From assembly GCA_965200315.1 (NCBI GenBank), contig OZ241362.1, positions 4,160,001 through 4,224,000 of the forward strand: a stretch of DNA of 64,000 nucleotides. The letters run 5' to 3'. The notes beneath the pieces are model-generated. The model searched no databases and had not been told where the DNA came from. It saw only the letters and a program-made list of their open reading frames with translations. A program made the position numbers and the translations under genes. This document shows, piece after piece, positions 9,934 through 19,841 of this stretch (its first letter is position 1; every line of letters starts with the position of its first letter). Origin of the DNA: Candidatus Latescibacterota bacterium. Lineage in GTDB: Bacteria; Latescibacterota; UBA2968; UBA8231.

Positions 9934-11002
9934 ATTCGTGGGATCGGGGAGCCTCTAAAAAGCGCCACAGCGCGTCGAAGCGCACCCCATCAATCGGCTC
10001 TCGCAGCACCGAGTTGACGCCTTTTTCCGCCATGTAATGCGGCGCAAACGCCAGCCCCTTGTGCAGGGCCGTGCGCTCCAGCCCCATTTGCCTAGGCCGC
10101 CAGCGCACCCGACAACGGTCCAGCCGCTTGGCCAACCCCGCCGTATCCCCCGCGCAGCACCAAGTGATGATCATCGCCCCCAAGGCCACGAGTTCGCCGT
10201 GGACCCAAGTGCGTTGGTTGGCCGTCTCCAGCGCGATCCAGAACGGATGGTCGCCGCTTTCTGTGGGGGCTTGCAACTGCTGGCTATCGCGCTCCTTAAT
10301 CTGCTGAGCGATGTGGGCCGCGCTCGCTGCCGTCATGCGCCCGTTGGCATCGAGTGTTGCGGCAAAAGAACGGGCGATTGACTCGTGATGGGCTACCTGC
10401 TGAGCCGCCAGTGCCGGGTCGAACGCCGCCCCTTGCCCCCGTGCCGCCCGCCGCCGCCACTCCTCCAGCCCCGCATGGCCGCAGAGGATGTCGCCTAGCC
10501 CGGCCGTGTGCAAGTAATCAGGTGCCTTGAGGACCACATCGACGTCTACGAGCACGTATTGGCAATCTACCCACGGCCAGTCGTCCAAACCGCCCACGGT
10601 CTGATAGCCGTCCCACCGCGCCACGTGGCTGTGGATGATCGCCCCGGAAGAAAGGATCGTCGGCACCAAAATCAGCTCGGCGTCCTTGTCCAGAGCCACG
10701 AACTTAGAGGCGTCGAGAGCTTTGCCGCCGCCCAAGCCGATGACCAGCTCGATTGCGGGTGGCAGCCGGTCGCTGAGCTCCTGCTGATGCGCCGAGTCCA
10801 GCCACTCGGCAAAGACCACGCCCGCTGGCTCGCGCACGAGGTATTCTCGGGCAGCCGCGTACGCGCTGGGCGTGGAGACAATCGCATACGCCGGCCAGTG
10901 GGCGCTTTCTCGTTGCAACAAGCCGCGGGCGACGCGCATGTCGTATTCAGCCGCTGGTTTGCACTGGCCGCCCATGGACCAGCCTCGATTGGTTTTAGGC
11001 AT
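9932..11002 (-). CDS. iron-containing alcohol dehydrogenase / glycerol-1-phosphate dehydrogenase-like protein
   Basis: IGLGGGKALDASK, VPTILS, AGLGDIL and HGELVALG motifs. Confidence 0.8.
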   Translation of the reverse strand: MPKTNRGWSMGGQCKPAAEYDMRVARGLLQRESAHWPAYAIVSTPSAYAAAREYLVREPAGVVFAEWLDSAHQQELSDRLPPAIELVIGLGGGKALDASKFVALDKDAELILVPTILSSGAIIHSHVARWDGYQTVGGLDDWPWVDCQYVLVDVDVVLKAPDYLHTAGLGDILCGHAGLEEWRRRAARGQGAAFDPALAAQQVAHHESIARSFAATLDANGRMTAASAAHIAQQIKERDSQQLQAPTESGDHPFWIALETANQRTWVHGELVALGAMIITWCCAGDTAGLAKRLDRCRVRWRPRQMGLERTALHKGLAFAPHYMAEKGVNSVLREPIDGVRFDALWRFLEAPRSHE

Positions 11003-11219
11003 TTGTTCTCCTAGCTTCTTAGGCAAAGCAAACCATTGTTTTTGTGATTGCTCTTGCACAACAATATACAAGCCCTTTTTTCGCCGCCAACGCATCTTTC
11101 CGAGTCCAAAATCCTATGTTTACTGCCCACATAGCCCGCACCGAGGCGAGCGGTTTTGAAGGCCATCGCAAAATGCCGATATTGTGCAACAGCACTCGTC
11201 CCCTCACAGGTTTGCTGTC

Positions 11220-12170
11220 ATGCGCTCTCTGTTGCTGTTCTTCGCCCTCGTTTTTGCGGGCTGCTATGCGGCCTCGCTCGGGCCCGATCCCCTAGGCCAT
11301 TTTGCCGCACGCACCGACCACCTCCACCGCCTAGAGCCGCTCGGCGAGCGCGTCTTGCACGGAGCCGCGCTCAGCTTTGGGCCGCTCGATCTTGAAGAGC
11401 GCCCGCTGGTCTATGCCGTGTACTACGAGCTCCACGACCTGCCCTACGAATGGCATCTATCTTTGCTCCCTCATCTGGACCAGTACGCAGGCTATGGTCT
11501 GCCGCAAATTGACCTCGGTTTTAACGCGGCCGGCCAGCCCTACGAGGCGGCCATTGCCGAAGGTCAACTCGACGAGGCGATTGAGCGGCTTTGCTGGGGG
11601 TTACAGCAGCTAAACCGTCCGGCCTTGCTGCGGTTGGGCTATGCGTTCAATAGCTCTTGGCGCGCCTATGAGGCAACGAGTTACGTCGAGGCTTGGCAGC
11701 GAGTAGCGCAAACGCTGCGGGGTCGCTGGGGTTTGGACAACGTCGCCCTGCTCTGGACTCAGAAGGACGACGGCGGCTCCGATTACTTGGCCTACTATCC
11801 GGGGGATGAGTACGTCGATTGGTGGTCGATTGACGTGGCTGCGCCACAAGACCTGCGCCGCAGCCGCGCCTTTATCGAGGCGGCTCAGGATCACGGCTAC
11901 CCTGTGCTCGTCGGCGTGGTCACGCCCATTACCACCGACCTAGGCCGGGCCGAGCAGGCGTGGACTCATTGGTTCGTCCCCTTCCTCCGCCTTTTGCGGC
12001 ACCATCCCAACATCAAGGCATTTACTTATATAGATTGGGACTGGTCGCAGACGGAGCGCTTTGTCGATCCCGTGCTCTTTGCGCGCTACCGCAACGAACT
12101 GATGCACCCGATTTACCAACACGTGGTCTCGCCCGCCGATTTGCACTGGCACCTAAACCTCAATCCTTAG
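11220..12170 (+). CDS. glycoside hydrolase family 26-like lipoprotein
   Basis: Lipobox-like FAGC; LRLGYAFN and YYPGDEYVDW motifs. The usual catalytic Glu position reads YAFN. Confidence 0.65.
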   Translation: MRSLLLFFALVFAGCYAASLGPDPLGHFAARTDHLHRLEPLGERVLHGAALSFGPLDLEERPLVYAVYYELHDLPYEWHLSLLPHLDQYAGYGLPQIDLGFNAAGQPYEAAIAEGQLDEAIERLCWGLQQLNRPALLRLGYAFNSSWRAYEATSYVEAWQRVAQTLRGRWGLDNVALLWTQKDDGGSDYLAYYPGDEYVDWWSIDVAAPQDLRRSRAFIEAAQDHGYPVLVGVVTPITTDLGRAEQAWTHWFVPFLRLLRHHPNIKAFTYIDWDWSQTERFVDPVLFARYRNELMHPIYQHVVSPADLHWHLNLNP

Positions 12171-12186
12171 AGAAAGGACACAGCAG

Positions 12187-13065
12187 ATGGATAAAGTCGA
12201 TGTTCACGTTCACGTCTTCGACCGGCCGAGCGAGCGATTCCCCCGCGAGCTGAGCAGCCTCGCACCGGCCGACCGCGCCTGTCCCATAGAATCGCTCATA
12301 GCGGACATGGACGCCGCCGGGATCGACCGCGCCGTGCTGATCGAAATGAACGGCACCCAAATAGCGCAACACGCATACGTCACGCATTGCGTACGGACGT
12401 GGCCGGACCGCTTTACGGCTACGGGCTTGATCGACCTCGACGACCCGGACCCGCCCACTCGCCTGCGCGAGCTCGTCGCCGCCACCGGCATTGAGGGCAT
12501 TCGGCTGGGGGCGTTGGGCGACCCGGCCGCCCAGCGGGCCGAAGACCTGTCGGCCTACGCGCTCTTTGCGTGTGCCGACGAGCTGGGGCTCAACATCAAC
12601 ATCTACACCGGCGGAGCCCAGCTGCCCTGCATCGAGCTGCTGGCCGCGGCCTTCCCCGGCGTGAACATTTCCCTCGACCATCTCGGGGTGATGCCAACCA
12701 CGCCCGGCGGGTCAGACCGCTGGGGTCGCCCCCGCTTCGACGCCGAGCCGCTGCCGCCGGCCAACTATCCGCAAGTGATGGCGCTGGCTCGCTTGCCCAA
12801 CGTCTATGTCAAAATTTCCGGGGAATACGCGTTTTCTAAGCAGCCTTGGCCTTACGCGGACATGCAGTCCATGGTCGAGGACGTGTATCGGGCCTACGGC
12901 GCAGATCGGATGATGTGGTGTACGGATTCGCCGTGGATTGTGGTGGAGCCGGGCTACCAGAAACTGGTGGATTTGCTCGACTGCCATCTGCCGAATATCT
13001 CGGCCGCGGAAAAGGAGATGATTATGGGCGGGACGGCGCTGAAGCTGTGGTTTAAGGGGCGCTAG
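12187..13065 (+). CDS. amidohydrolase family protein (Amidohydro_2)
   Basis: DVHVHVF, LDHLG, NVYVKISG and WCTDSP motifs. Confidence 0.9.
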   Translation: MDKVDVHVHVFDRPSERFPRELSSLAPADRACPIESLIADMDAAGIDRAVLIEMNGTQIAQHAYVTHCVRTWPDRFTATGLIDLDDPDPPTRLRELVAATGIEGIRLGALGDPAAQRAEDLSAYALFACADELGLNINIYTGGAQLPCIELLAAAFPGVNISLDHLGVMPTTPGGSDRWGRPRFDAEPLPPANYPQVMALARLPNVYVKISGEYAFSKQPWPYADMQSMVEDVYRAYGADRMMWCTDSPWIVVEPGYQKLVDLLDCHLPNISAAEKEMIMGGTALKLWFKGR

Positions 13066-13068
13066 GGC

Positions 13069-15505
13069 ATGGCACTAAAAAAGTCCCAACTCTACTCCTC
13101 GCTGTGGCAAAGCTGCGACGAGCTGCGCGGCGGCATGGACGCCTCCCAGTACAAGGACTACGTCCTGACGCTGCTGTTTATGAAGTACGTCTCGGACAAG
13201 TACACGCGCGATCCCGACGCGCTTATTGAAGTGCCGCTCGGCGGGGGTTTTGCCGACATGGTACGGCTCAAGGGCGACAAGGAGATCGGCGATCAACAAG
13301 ATCATCGGCCAACTCGCCGAGGCCAACGACCTCAAGGGCGTCATCGACCAAGCGGACTTCAACGACGAGAGCAAGCTCGGCACAGGGAAAGAAATGCAGG
13401 ATCGGCTCTCCAAGCTAGTCGCCATATTCGAGGGGCTCGACTTCCGCGCCAACCGCGCCGAGGGCGACGACTTACTCGGCGATGCCTACGAATACCTAAT
13501 GAGGCACTTTGCCACCGAGTCGGGCAAGATCAAGGGGCAGTTCTACACGCCGGCCGAAGTCTCGCGCATCATGGCCAAGGTGATCGGTATTGGCCCGGAT
13601 ACCCAACAGGACCAGACGATCTACGATCCGGCCTGTGGCTCCGGTTCGCTCTTGCTGAAGGCTGCGGACGAAGCACCGCACGGCATTAGCGTGTACGGCC
13701 AAGAGATGGACAACACCACCTATGCGCTGGCGCGGATGAACATGATCCTGCACGACCATGCGACCGCCGAACTCTGGCGCGGCAACACCTTGGCCGCCCC
13801 GCATTTCAAGAACCCGGACGACAGCCTCAAGACCTTTGACTTTGTCGTCGCCAATCCGCCCTTTTCCGCCAAGGCTTGGTCCAACGGCCTCGATCCGGCC
13901 AACGACGAGTTTGGACGTTTCGCCTACGGTATCCCACCGGCCAAAAACGGCGACTACGCCTTTCTCTTGCATCTCATCGCGTCGCTCAATAGCAGGGGCA
14001 AGGGCGCGATCATCCTGCCGCACGGCGTACTGTTTCGCGGCAATAAGGAAGCGGACATCCGCAAGAACCTCATCAAGCGTGGCTTCATCAAGGGCATCAT
14101 CGGCCTGCCGGCCAACCTGTTCTACGGCACGGGCATCCCGGCCTGCATCTTGGTGCTCGACAAGGAAAACGCCCACGCCCGCCAGGGCATCTTCCTGATC
14201 GACGCGAGCGGGGGCTTCCTCAAGGACGGCAACAAGAACCGCCTGCGCGCCCAAGACATCCACCGGATCGTCGATGTGTTCAACCGGCAGGTCGAGTTGC
14301 CGCGCTATGCCCGCATGGTGCCGCTGACCGAGATTGCCAGTCCGGCCAACGACTACAACCTCAACATCCCGCGCTACATCGATTCCAGCGAACCGGAAGA
14401 TCTGCACGATCTCGACGCGCATCTGCACGGTGGCATCCCCGACCGCGATCTCGACGCGCTCGCTGCCTACTGGGACGTCTTCCCCTCGCTGCGCGATGCC
14501 TTGTTCGTCGGCAACGGTCGCGCCGGCTACAGCGAGGCGTGTGTCGAGACGCCGCGCGTGAAAGCCGCCATCCTCGGGCACGGGGAGTTCAAGTCGTACG
14601 AGGAGCGAGTCGCGGATATTTTCGCCGCCTGGCGTGAGACGCACGAGCCAGCCCTCAAGGGACTGGAGCAAGACGCCAATCCCAAGGACATCATCCGCAC
14701 CTTGGCGGAGGACCTGCTGGAGAGGTTTGCCGGCTTACCCCTGCTCGACTCATACAACGTGTATCAGTGCCTGATGGACTATTGGGACGAGGTGATGCAG
14801 GACGACGTGTATCTCATTGCGGCGGATGGCTGGAGCGCGGCCGCCAAGCCACGCGGAATCGTCGAAGACAAAGGCAAGAAGATCAAGGAGACGGCCGATC
14901 TCACCATCAAGCGCAGGAAGTACAAGATGGACCTGATCCCTCCGGGGCGGGTCGTCGTGCGCTACTTTGCCGATGAACAGGACGCTATCGACTCGCTACA
15001 GGCCGAGCAGGAAGTCGCGGCCCGCGCGTTGGAGGAGTTCGTCGAAGAGCACAGCGGCGAGGAAGGCTTGCTGGCGGACGCGGTCAACGACAAGGGCAAG
15101 GTCACCAAAAGCGGCGTGATGGAGCGGCTCAAGGCCATCCGCTACGAGCCGGAAAGCACCGACGAACGCGCCGCCCTCAAGCATTGCCGGACCCTGATTG
15201 AAGCCGAGGCTGCGGCAGGCAAAGACGCCAAAAAGGCCCAAGCCGACTTGGACGAGCAGGTGCTGGCCCGCTACGCTGCGCTCACCGAAGCCGAGATCAA
15301 GACGCTGGTGGTTGAGGACAAGTGGTTCGCCCGCATCCGCGGTGCTATCGAGGGTGAGGTGCAGCGGCTGACCCAGCAACTTGCCGGGCGCGTGCAGGAA
15401 CTGGAAGAACGCTACGCCCGTCCCCTGCCGGGGCTGGGGCGGGAGGTGGAGGCGTTCGGCGCGAAGGTCGAGGGGCACCTGAAGCGGATGGGGATTGGGC
15501 TATGA
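13069..15505 (+). pseudogene. hsdM: type I restriction-modification methyltransferase subunit, frameshifted near 13292
   Basis: The N-terminus (LYSSLWQSCDELRGGMDASQYKDY...KEIGD) is in one frame; the remainder (INKIIG..., GQFYTP, DPACGSG, NPPF) is in another. Confidence 0.88.
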
Positions 15506-15506
15506 G
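15463..15506 (+). repeat. 44-bp direct repeat, copy 1 (hsdM 3' end)
   Basis: GAAGGTCGAGGGGCACCTGAAGCGGATGGGGATTGGGCTATGAG; 43/44 identical to 17291-17334. Confidence 0.95.
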
Positions 15507-15607
15507 GGAGGGATTCGTACCGTTGAATTCTGTATCCTTAAATAAGTGTAGTATGATGACCGGTCTCTGGCTGGCAACCTGAAGTCGTTCACTTTGGAGG
15601 AACAGTA

Positions 15608-15832
15608 ATGGCAGAGCAAATAACCGTGTCCGTTGATTCTGATGTAGCCAAATTCTACCGTTCGGCTTCTGATAATGAGCGTTGTAAATTGGATTTGCTT
15701 GTCAATTTGTGTTTGCGGGATGCGACAGAATCCGGGAAATCACTTAGGGACACGATGCTGGAAATCAGCCGCAACGCGCAACGGCGTGGTCTGACGCCGG
15801 AAATTTTGCAGTCCATCTTGGCCGACGAATGA
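15608..15832 (+). CDS. hypothetical protein, putative antitoxin
   Basis: GGAGG RBS; 74 aa ending AQRRGLTPEILQSIL; ATGA overlap with the PIN gene. Confidence 0.65.
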   Translation: MAEQITVSVDSDVAKFYRSASDNERCKLDLLVNLCLRDATESGKSLRDTMLEISRNAQRRGLTPEILQSILADE

Positions 15833-16038
15833 CCTGCTTCGTCTTCGATACAAACGTCATTATCAGTGCTTCACTCTTCAACGATTCCGTACCAGGGAGG
15901 GCGTTCATCCGGGCTTTGAATCGTGGAAGGATTCTGGTCCTTACTACCTTACGGCTGCTTTGGTGCAGCGAGCCATCGGTACATGGGTCAAACCGGACTG
16001 CGCTGCGGCGATTGAAGCAAGCAGACGATACCATCTGA
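15829..16038 (+). pseudogene. truncated PIN-domain toxin
   Basis: FVFDTNVIISA PIN N-terminus; similarity is lost after about 37 aa and the ORF is only 69 aa. Confidence 0.7.
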
Positions 16039-16056
16039 AGCGGGGGCTAAGGTGCG

Positions 16057-17292
16057 ATGAAACGCACGGAACTTCTCGAACTGATAGCTGGCGGCGAGAA
16101 CTCTGGAGTGGAGTTCAAGCGGGATGATTTGCGTCCTGAGCAACTGGCGCGGGAGGTGGTGGCACTGGCCAATTTTCAGGGAGGGCGCGTCCTACTCGGA
16201 GTGGAAGACGACGGCACCATCACCGGCATCGAGAGAGACGATCTCGAACAGTGGGTGATGGATTCCGTGTTCGGGCGGGCGGTGCATCCGATGATACTGC
16301 CGTTCTACGAGGAAATTCCGATAGATGATGTTCGCCGCGTCGCGGTTATTACGCTCACGCAAGGTGCTACCAAACCTTATGTCGTCCGGTATCGCGGGCG
16401 GGAAGACATCTACGTCCGGGTTGGCAGTACCTCTCGGCTGGCTTCGCGCGAGCAGCAGGCGCGGCTTTTTGCTGCCGGCGGGTTGATTCACACGGAGCTG
16501 TTGCCCGTTTCCGGTAGCGGCCTGTGCGATTTGAGTCGGGAACGGCTGGCGGACTACCTCACTGCTATTGTCGGCGATCGGGAGGTGCCGGAGACCGATG
16601 CGGCGTGGAACGAGCGGCTTTGCGCACTGGGATTCATGGTTGAGCAGGAAGACGGGCCGCCTGCCTGTACGATCGCCGGGTCGATCTTGTTCGGCTATCG
16701 GCCGCGCCGCCTGTTGCGCCATGCTGGCATCCGCTGGATGTGCTTTGAGGGGCGGGAGAAAACCTATGATGCCATTGACGATCAAGTGATTGAAGGGCCG
16801 CTGGTCGATCTTTGGCAGGTGTTGTCAGGGGGGCGTGAACTGGTAGAGAAGGGGCTGATTGAACGCCTTGCCGATGCGATGCGGCCGTTCGTATCCGAGG
16901 AGGCTGGCCACGTGGAAGAGTCTATGCGCCGGGAACGACGCTGGCACTATCCGCTAGAAGCGCTGCGCGAAGGTGTTGTCAATGCGCTGACGCATCGGGA
17001 TTGGACGCGGTACGAGGCGATTGAGGTGGTTCGTTATGCGGACCGGATAGAGATACTCAGCCCTGGTGCGCTGCAAAACGGCATGACGGTCGAAAAGATG
17101 ATCGCTGGTCAACGGGTTCCGCGCAATCTTCTCATCTCTGAGACGTTGCGGGACTACAGCTATTCTGATGCACGTGGTATGGGGGTGCGAAACAAGATTA
17201 TTCCGTTGATGAGGGCGCACAACGGCGTTGACCCGGAGTTTGAGGCGACGGAGGACTACTTGAGGTTGACGCTACGCCGAGGCTCGGGGTGA
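16057..17292 (+). CDS. AlbA_2 (Schlafen-like) DNA-binding domain + HATPase_c_4 protein
   Basis: GENSGVEFK, ALANFQGGRVLLGVEDDG, ALREGVVNALTHRD, SPG and RGMG motifs. Confidence 0.88.
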   Translation: MKRTELLELIAGGENSGVEFKRDDLRPEQLAREVVALANFQGGRVLLGVEDDGTITGIERDDLEQWVMDSVFGRAVHPMILPFYEEIPIDDVRRVAVITLTQGATKPYVVRYRGREDIYVRVGSTSRLASREQQARLFAAGGLIHTELLPVSGSGLCDLSRERLADYLTAIVGDREVPETDAAWNERLCALGFMVEQEDGPPACTIAGSILFGYRPRRLLRHAGIRWMCFEGREKTYDAIDDQVIEGPLVDLWQVLSGGRELVEKGLIERLADAMRPFVSEEAGHVEESMRRERRWHYPLEALREGVVNALTHRDWTRYEAIEVVRYADRIEILSPGALQNGMTVEKMIAGQRVPRNLLISETLRDYSYSDARGMGVRNKIIPLMRAHNGVDPEFEATEDYLRLTLRRGSG

Positions 17293-17334
17293 AGGTCGAC
17301 GGGCACCTGAAGCGGATGGGGATTGGGCTATGAG
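17291..17334 (+). repeat. 44-bp direct repeat, copy 2 (duplicate of the hsdM 3' end)
   Basis: GAAGGTCGACGGGCACCTGAAGCGGATGGGGATTGGGCTATGAG. Confidence 0.95.
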
Positions 17335-17481
17335 CCAAACATTCGATTTCGAGAATCTCGGCGAGTTGTGTCGGCGAACCCACGAGGAAACACAACGCTC
17401 GGCACGCGAAACTATCTGTTCGGCTGGTATATCGTCGAGTATGAACAGCGTGGTGCGGATAGGGCGGAATATGGAGTGTGA
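17330..17481 (+). pseudogene. DUF1016/YhcG N-terminal remnant
   Basis: MSQTFDFENLGELCRRTHEETQRSA, then after a frame change RNYLFGWYIVEYEQRGADRAEYG, the DUF1016 N-terminal signature. Confidence 0.7.
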
Positions 17482-18809
17482 GCAATAAGAGACAAGAGAC
17501 CATGGACAACGCCTTCATGCAGGAACTGCTTACGGGAAAGACGCGGCTGCCGGGGTTTAGCGGGGCGTGGGAGACGATCACGCTCGGAGAAGTTGCGGAT
17601 ATAAGGAATGGAGCAACGCCAAGTACTCACATTGGCGCCTACTGGAACGGGCCGATTCCATGGTGCATACCGACCGACATCACGGCTACGCCGGGAAAAT
17701 ACCTCCTTGCGACGGAGCGAAGTATCACTGCGGCAGGATTGGCTAGTTGCGGGGCAAGCCTGCTTCCTGTTGGTGCTCTTCTCCTGTGCAGCCGTGCGAC
17801 CATCGGAGAGCTCAAGATTGCTGCATCGCCAGTATGCACCAACCAAGGCTTCAAGTCGATCGTCTGTAAGGATGATGTATTCAATGAGTTTCTGTATTAC
17901 CTACTTTTGACACGCAAGCCGCAAATGATAGAGCGGGCCACAGGGTCAACTTTTTTGGAAATTGGCAAGCGTGATGTGGAGTCAATTCAACTGCGTGTCC
18001 CGCCCCTCTCCGAGCAACGCGCCATCGCCGAAGCCCTGTCGGATGTGGATGGGTTGCTCGCGGCGTTGGAGGCACTGATCGCCAAGAAGCGGGCCGTCAA
18101 GCAGGCCGCCATGCAGGAACTGCTTACGGGAAAGACGCGGCTGCCGGGGTTTAGCGGGACACCATCGGAAGGGGTGCCGGTGGGTTACAAGCGCACAGAG
18201 GTGGGGATGATTCCAGAGGATTGGGATATTTGTGCCCTTCATGATGTTATAGAGAAATTTGTAAATGGAGGAACTCCATCGACAAGCAACACAGATTTTT
18301 GGTCTGGAGATATTCCTTGGATAACAGGTGCTGATATCTTAAATCAAACGGTTGCCGTTATTAGAAGATATATCACTAAAGAAGCAGTCTATAACAGCTC
18401 TACAAATGTCATTACAAAAGGCAACCTGTTGATTGTATCAAGAACAGGACTGGGAAAATTAGCTATTGCGCCCTGCGACATTGCCATTAGCCAAGATTTT
18501 ACGGGTTTAATCCATAGTAAAGAAAAAATTTTGGCCCAATACCTTTTTAGGCATTTTGACTTTTGTCAGCAGGTCTTGACCAAGCAAAACCAAGGAACAT
18601 CTATCAAAGGGATTACGCGAGATACATTATCTACAATACTTATACCACTCCCCTGTCTACACGAACAAACCGCCATCGCCTCAGTCCTCTCCGACATGGA
18701 CGCCGAGATCGCCGCGCTGGAGCATCGACGCGACAAGACCCGCGCCGTCAAGCAGGGCATGATGCAGCAGCTTCTCACCGGCCGGGTGCGGTTGTTCAAC
18801 CCGGAGTAG
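17478..18809 (+). CDS. hsdS: type I restriction-modification specificity subunit
   Basis: Two TRDs (GATPST...NQGFKS; GGTPST...SQDF), PPLSEQRAIAEALSDVD and KQGMMQQLLTG conserved regions; start uncertain (17478 or 17502). Confidence 0.9.
   Translation: MSNKRQETMDNAFMQELLTGKTRLPGFSGAWETITLGEVADIRNGATPSTHIGAYWNGPIPWCIPTDITATPGKYLLATERSITAAGLASCGASLLPVGALLLCSRATIGELKIAASPVCTNQGFKSIVCKDDVFNEFLYYLLLTRKPQMIERATGSTFLEIGKRDVESIQLRVPPLSEQRAIAEALSDVDGLLAALEALIAKKRAVKQAAMQELLTGKTRLPGFSGTPSEGVPVGYKRTEVGMIPEDWDICALHDVIEKFVNGGTPSTSNTDFWSGDIPWITGADILNQTVAVIRRYITKEAVYNSSTNVITKGNLLIVSRTGLGKLAIAPCDIAISQDFTGLIHSKEKILAQYLFRHFDFCQQVLTKQNQGTSIKGITRDTLSTILIPLPCLHEQTAIASVLSDMDAEIAALEHRRDKTRAVKQGMMQQLLTGRVRLFNPE
17516..18158 (+). 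repeat. identical 49-bp direct repeats within hsdS (17516-17564 and 18110-18158)
   Basis: CATGCAGGAACTGCTTACGGGAAAGACGCGGCTGCCGGGGTTTAGCGGG occurs twice, flanking TRD1. Confidence 0.95.
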
Positions 18810-18811
18810 CC

Positions 18812-18904
18812 ATGGCGGTAACGTACTTGGATCAGGAGATCGAGGAGTTGATACAGGAGCGCAAGCCTTTCGCCTACTGATTGGCACAGCTTTTCGAGGA
18901 GTGA
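18812..18904 (+). pseudogene. collapsed remnant of a gene upstream of DUF1828
   Basis: MAVTYLDQEIEELIQERKP stops after 22 aa; an out-of-frame QLFEE* tail follows directly. Confidence 0.45.
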
Positions 18905-18910
18905 CAAGTA

Positions 18911-19687
18911 ATGTCCATCGAGACCATAGAGCGAGACTTTCACCAGCAGGTTTCTGCGAAGATTCGGCTGGCAGCCGAAGGCATGGAGCGCTTCCGCGTG
19001 TTCACTCCGTTTTTGTTTGAGGACGGCGACCACTTGGCCCTGGTCCTGAAGAAGGAGGGCGCGCGGTGGGTGTTGTCCGATGAGGCACATACGTACATGC
19101 ACCTGACCTATGACATGGCGGAGAGGGATCTACACGGCGGTACGCGCCAGAAGATCATCTCAAACGTATTGTCCACGTTCCAGGTTGAAGACCGCGATGG
19201 CGAGTTGGTACTCGACGTGCCAGATGAGCGTTACGGCGATGCGCTGTTTTCGTTTGTGCAGGCCCTTCTCAAGATATCCGACGTGTCGTACCTGTCGCGG
19301 GAACAAGTTCGCTCAACTTTTATGGATGATTTTCGGGCACTCCTGTGCGAAGCGGTCCCGGAAGAGCGCAGGAGCTTCAACTGGAGCGACCCCGAACATG
19401 ATCCTCAAGGGATATACACCGTGGACTGCCGCATCAACGGCATGCCCCGGCCGCTTTTCGTTCACGCCCTTACCAGTAATGGCAGGACCCGCGATACCAC
19501 GATCGCGCTGCTCCAGTTTGCGAAGTGGAGTATCCCGTTTCGTTCCTTGGCCATCTTCAAGGACCAGGAGTCGATCAATCGCAAGGTGTTGGCACGCTTC
19601 AGCGATGTCTGCGAAAAGCAGTTTTCCAGCCTCACCGCGAACCGCGAAAGGATCACGGACTTCCTGCATGAAAGCATTTCACAATGA
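18911..19687 (+). CDS. DUF1828 domain-containing protein
   Basis: RVFTPFLFEDGDHL and LSDEAHT motifs, plus a C-terminal nuclease-like YTVDCRIN segment. Confidence 0.75.
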   Translation: MSIETIERDFHQQVSAKIRLAAEGMERFRVFTPFLFEDGDHLALVLKKEGARWVLSDEAHTYMHLTYDMAERDLHGGTRQKIISNVLSTFQVEDRDGELVLDVPDERYGDALFSFVQALLKISDVSYLSREQVRSTFMDDFRALLCEAVPEERRSFNWSDPEHDPQGIYTVDCRINGMPRPLFVHALTSNGRTRDTTIALLQFAKWSIPFRSLAIFKDQESINRKVLARFSDVCEKQFSSLTANRERITDFLHESISQ

Positions 19688-19841
19688 AACGCGATTCAAC
19701 CGACGATATGAGCGAAAACCAAAACATCGAATGGAAAGAAACGTGGCGGGACGAACACCTAAAATGGATCTGCGGTTTCACCAACGCTCAGGGCGGTGTA
19801 CTGGAAATCATTGGAAAGTAGTGGAAACAGACGATGAGTGA
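19684..19841 (+). pseudogene. internally deleted AlbA_2/RecG-like protein
   Basis: N-terminus MSENQNIEWKETWRDEHLKWICGFTNAQGG joined out of frame to a C-terminal-like GNHWKVVETDDE*. Confidence 0.7.

Noticed and set aside
13226-13292. GTG-start 759-aa ORF as an intact HsdM
   Set aside because: Its first 22 residues are off-frame sequence; the true N-terminus is in the 13069 frame.
13496-14671. Long antisense ORFs (also 57578-58534, 23738-24508, 5256-6086)
   Set aside because: Shadow frames of well-supported genes in GC-rich DNA, with no motifs of their own.
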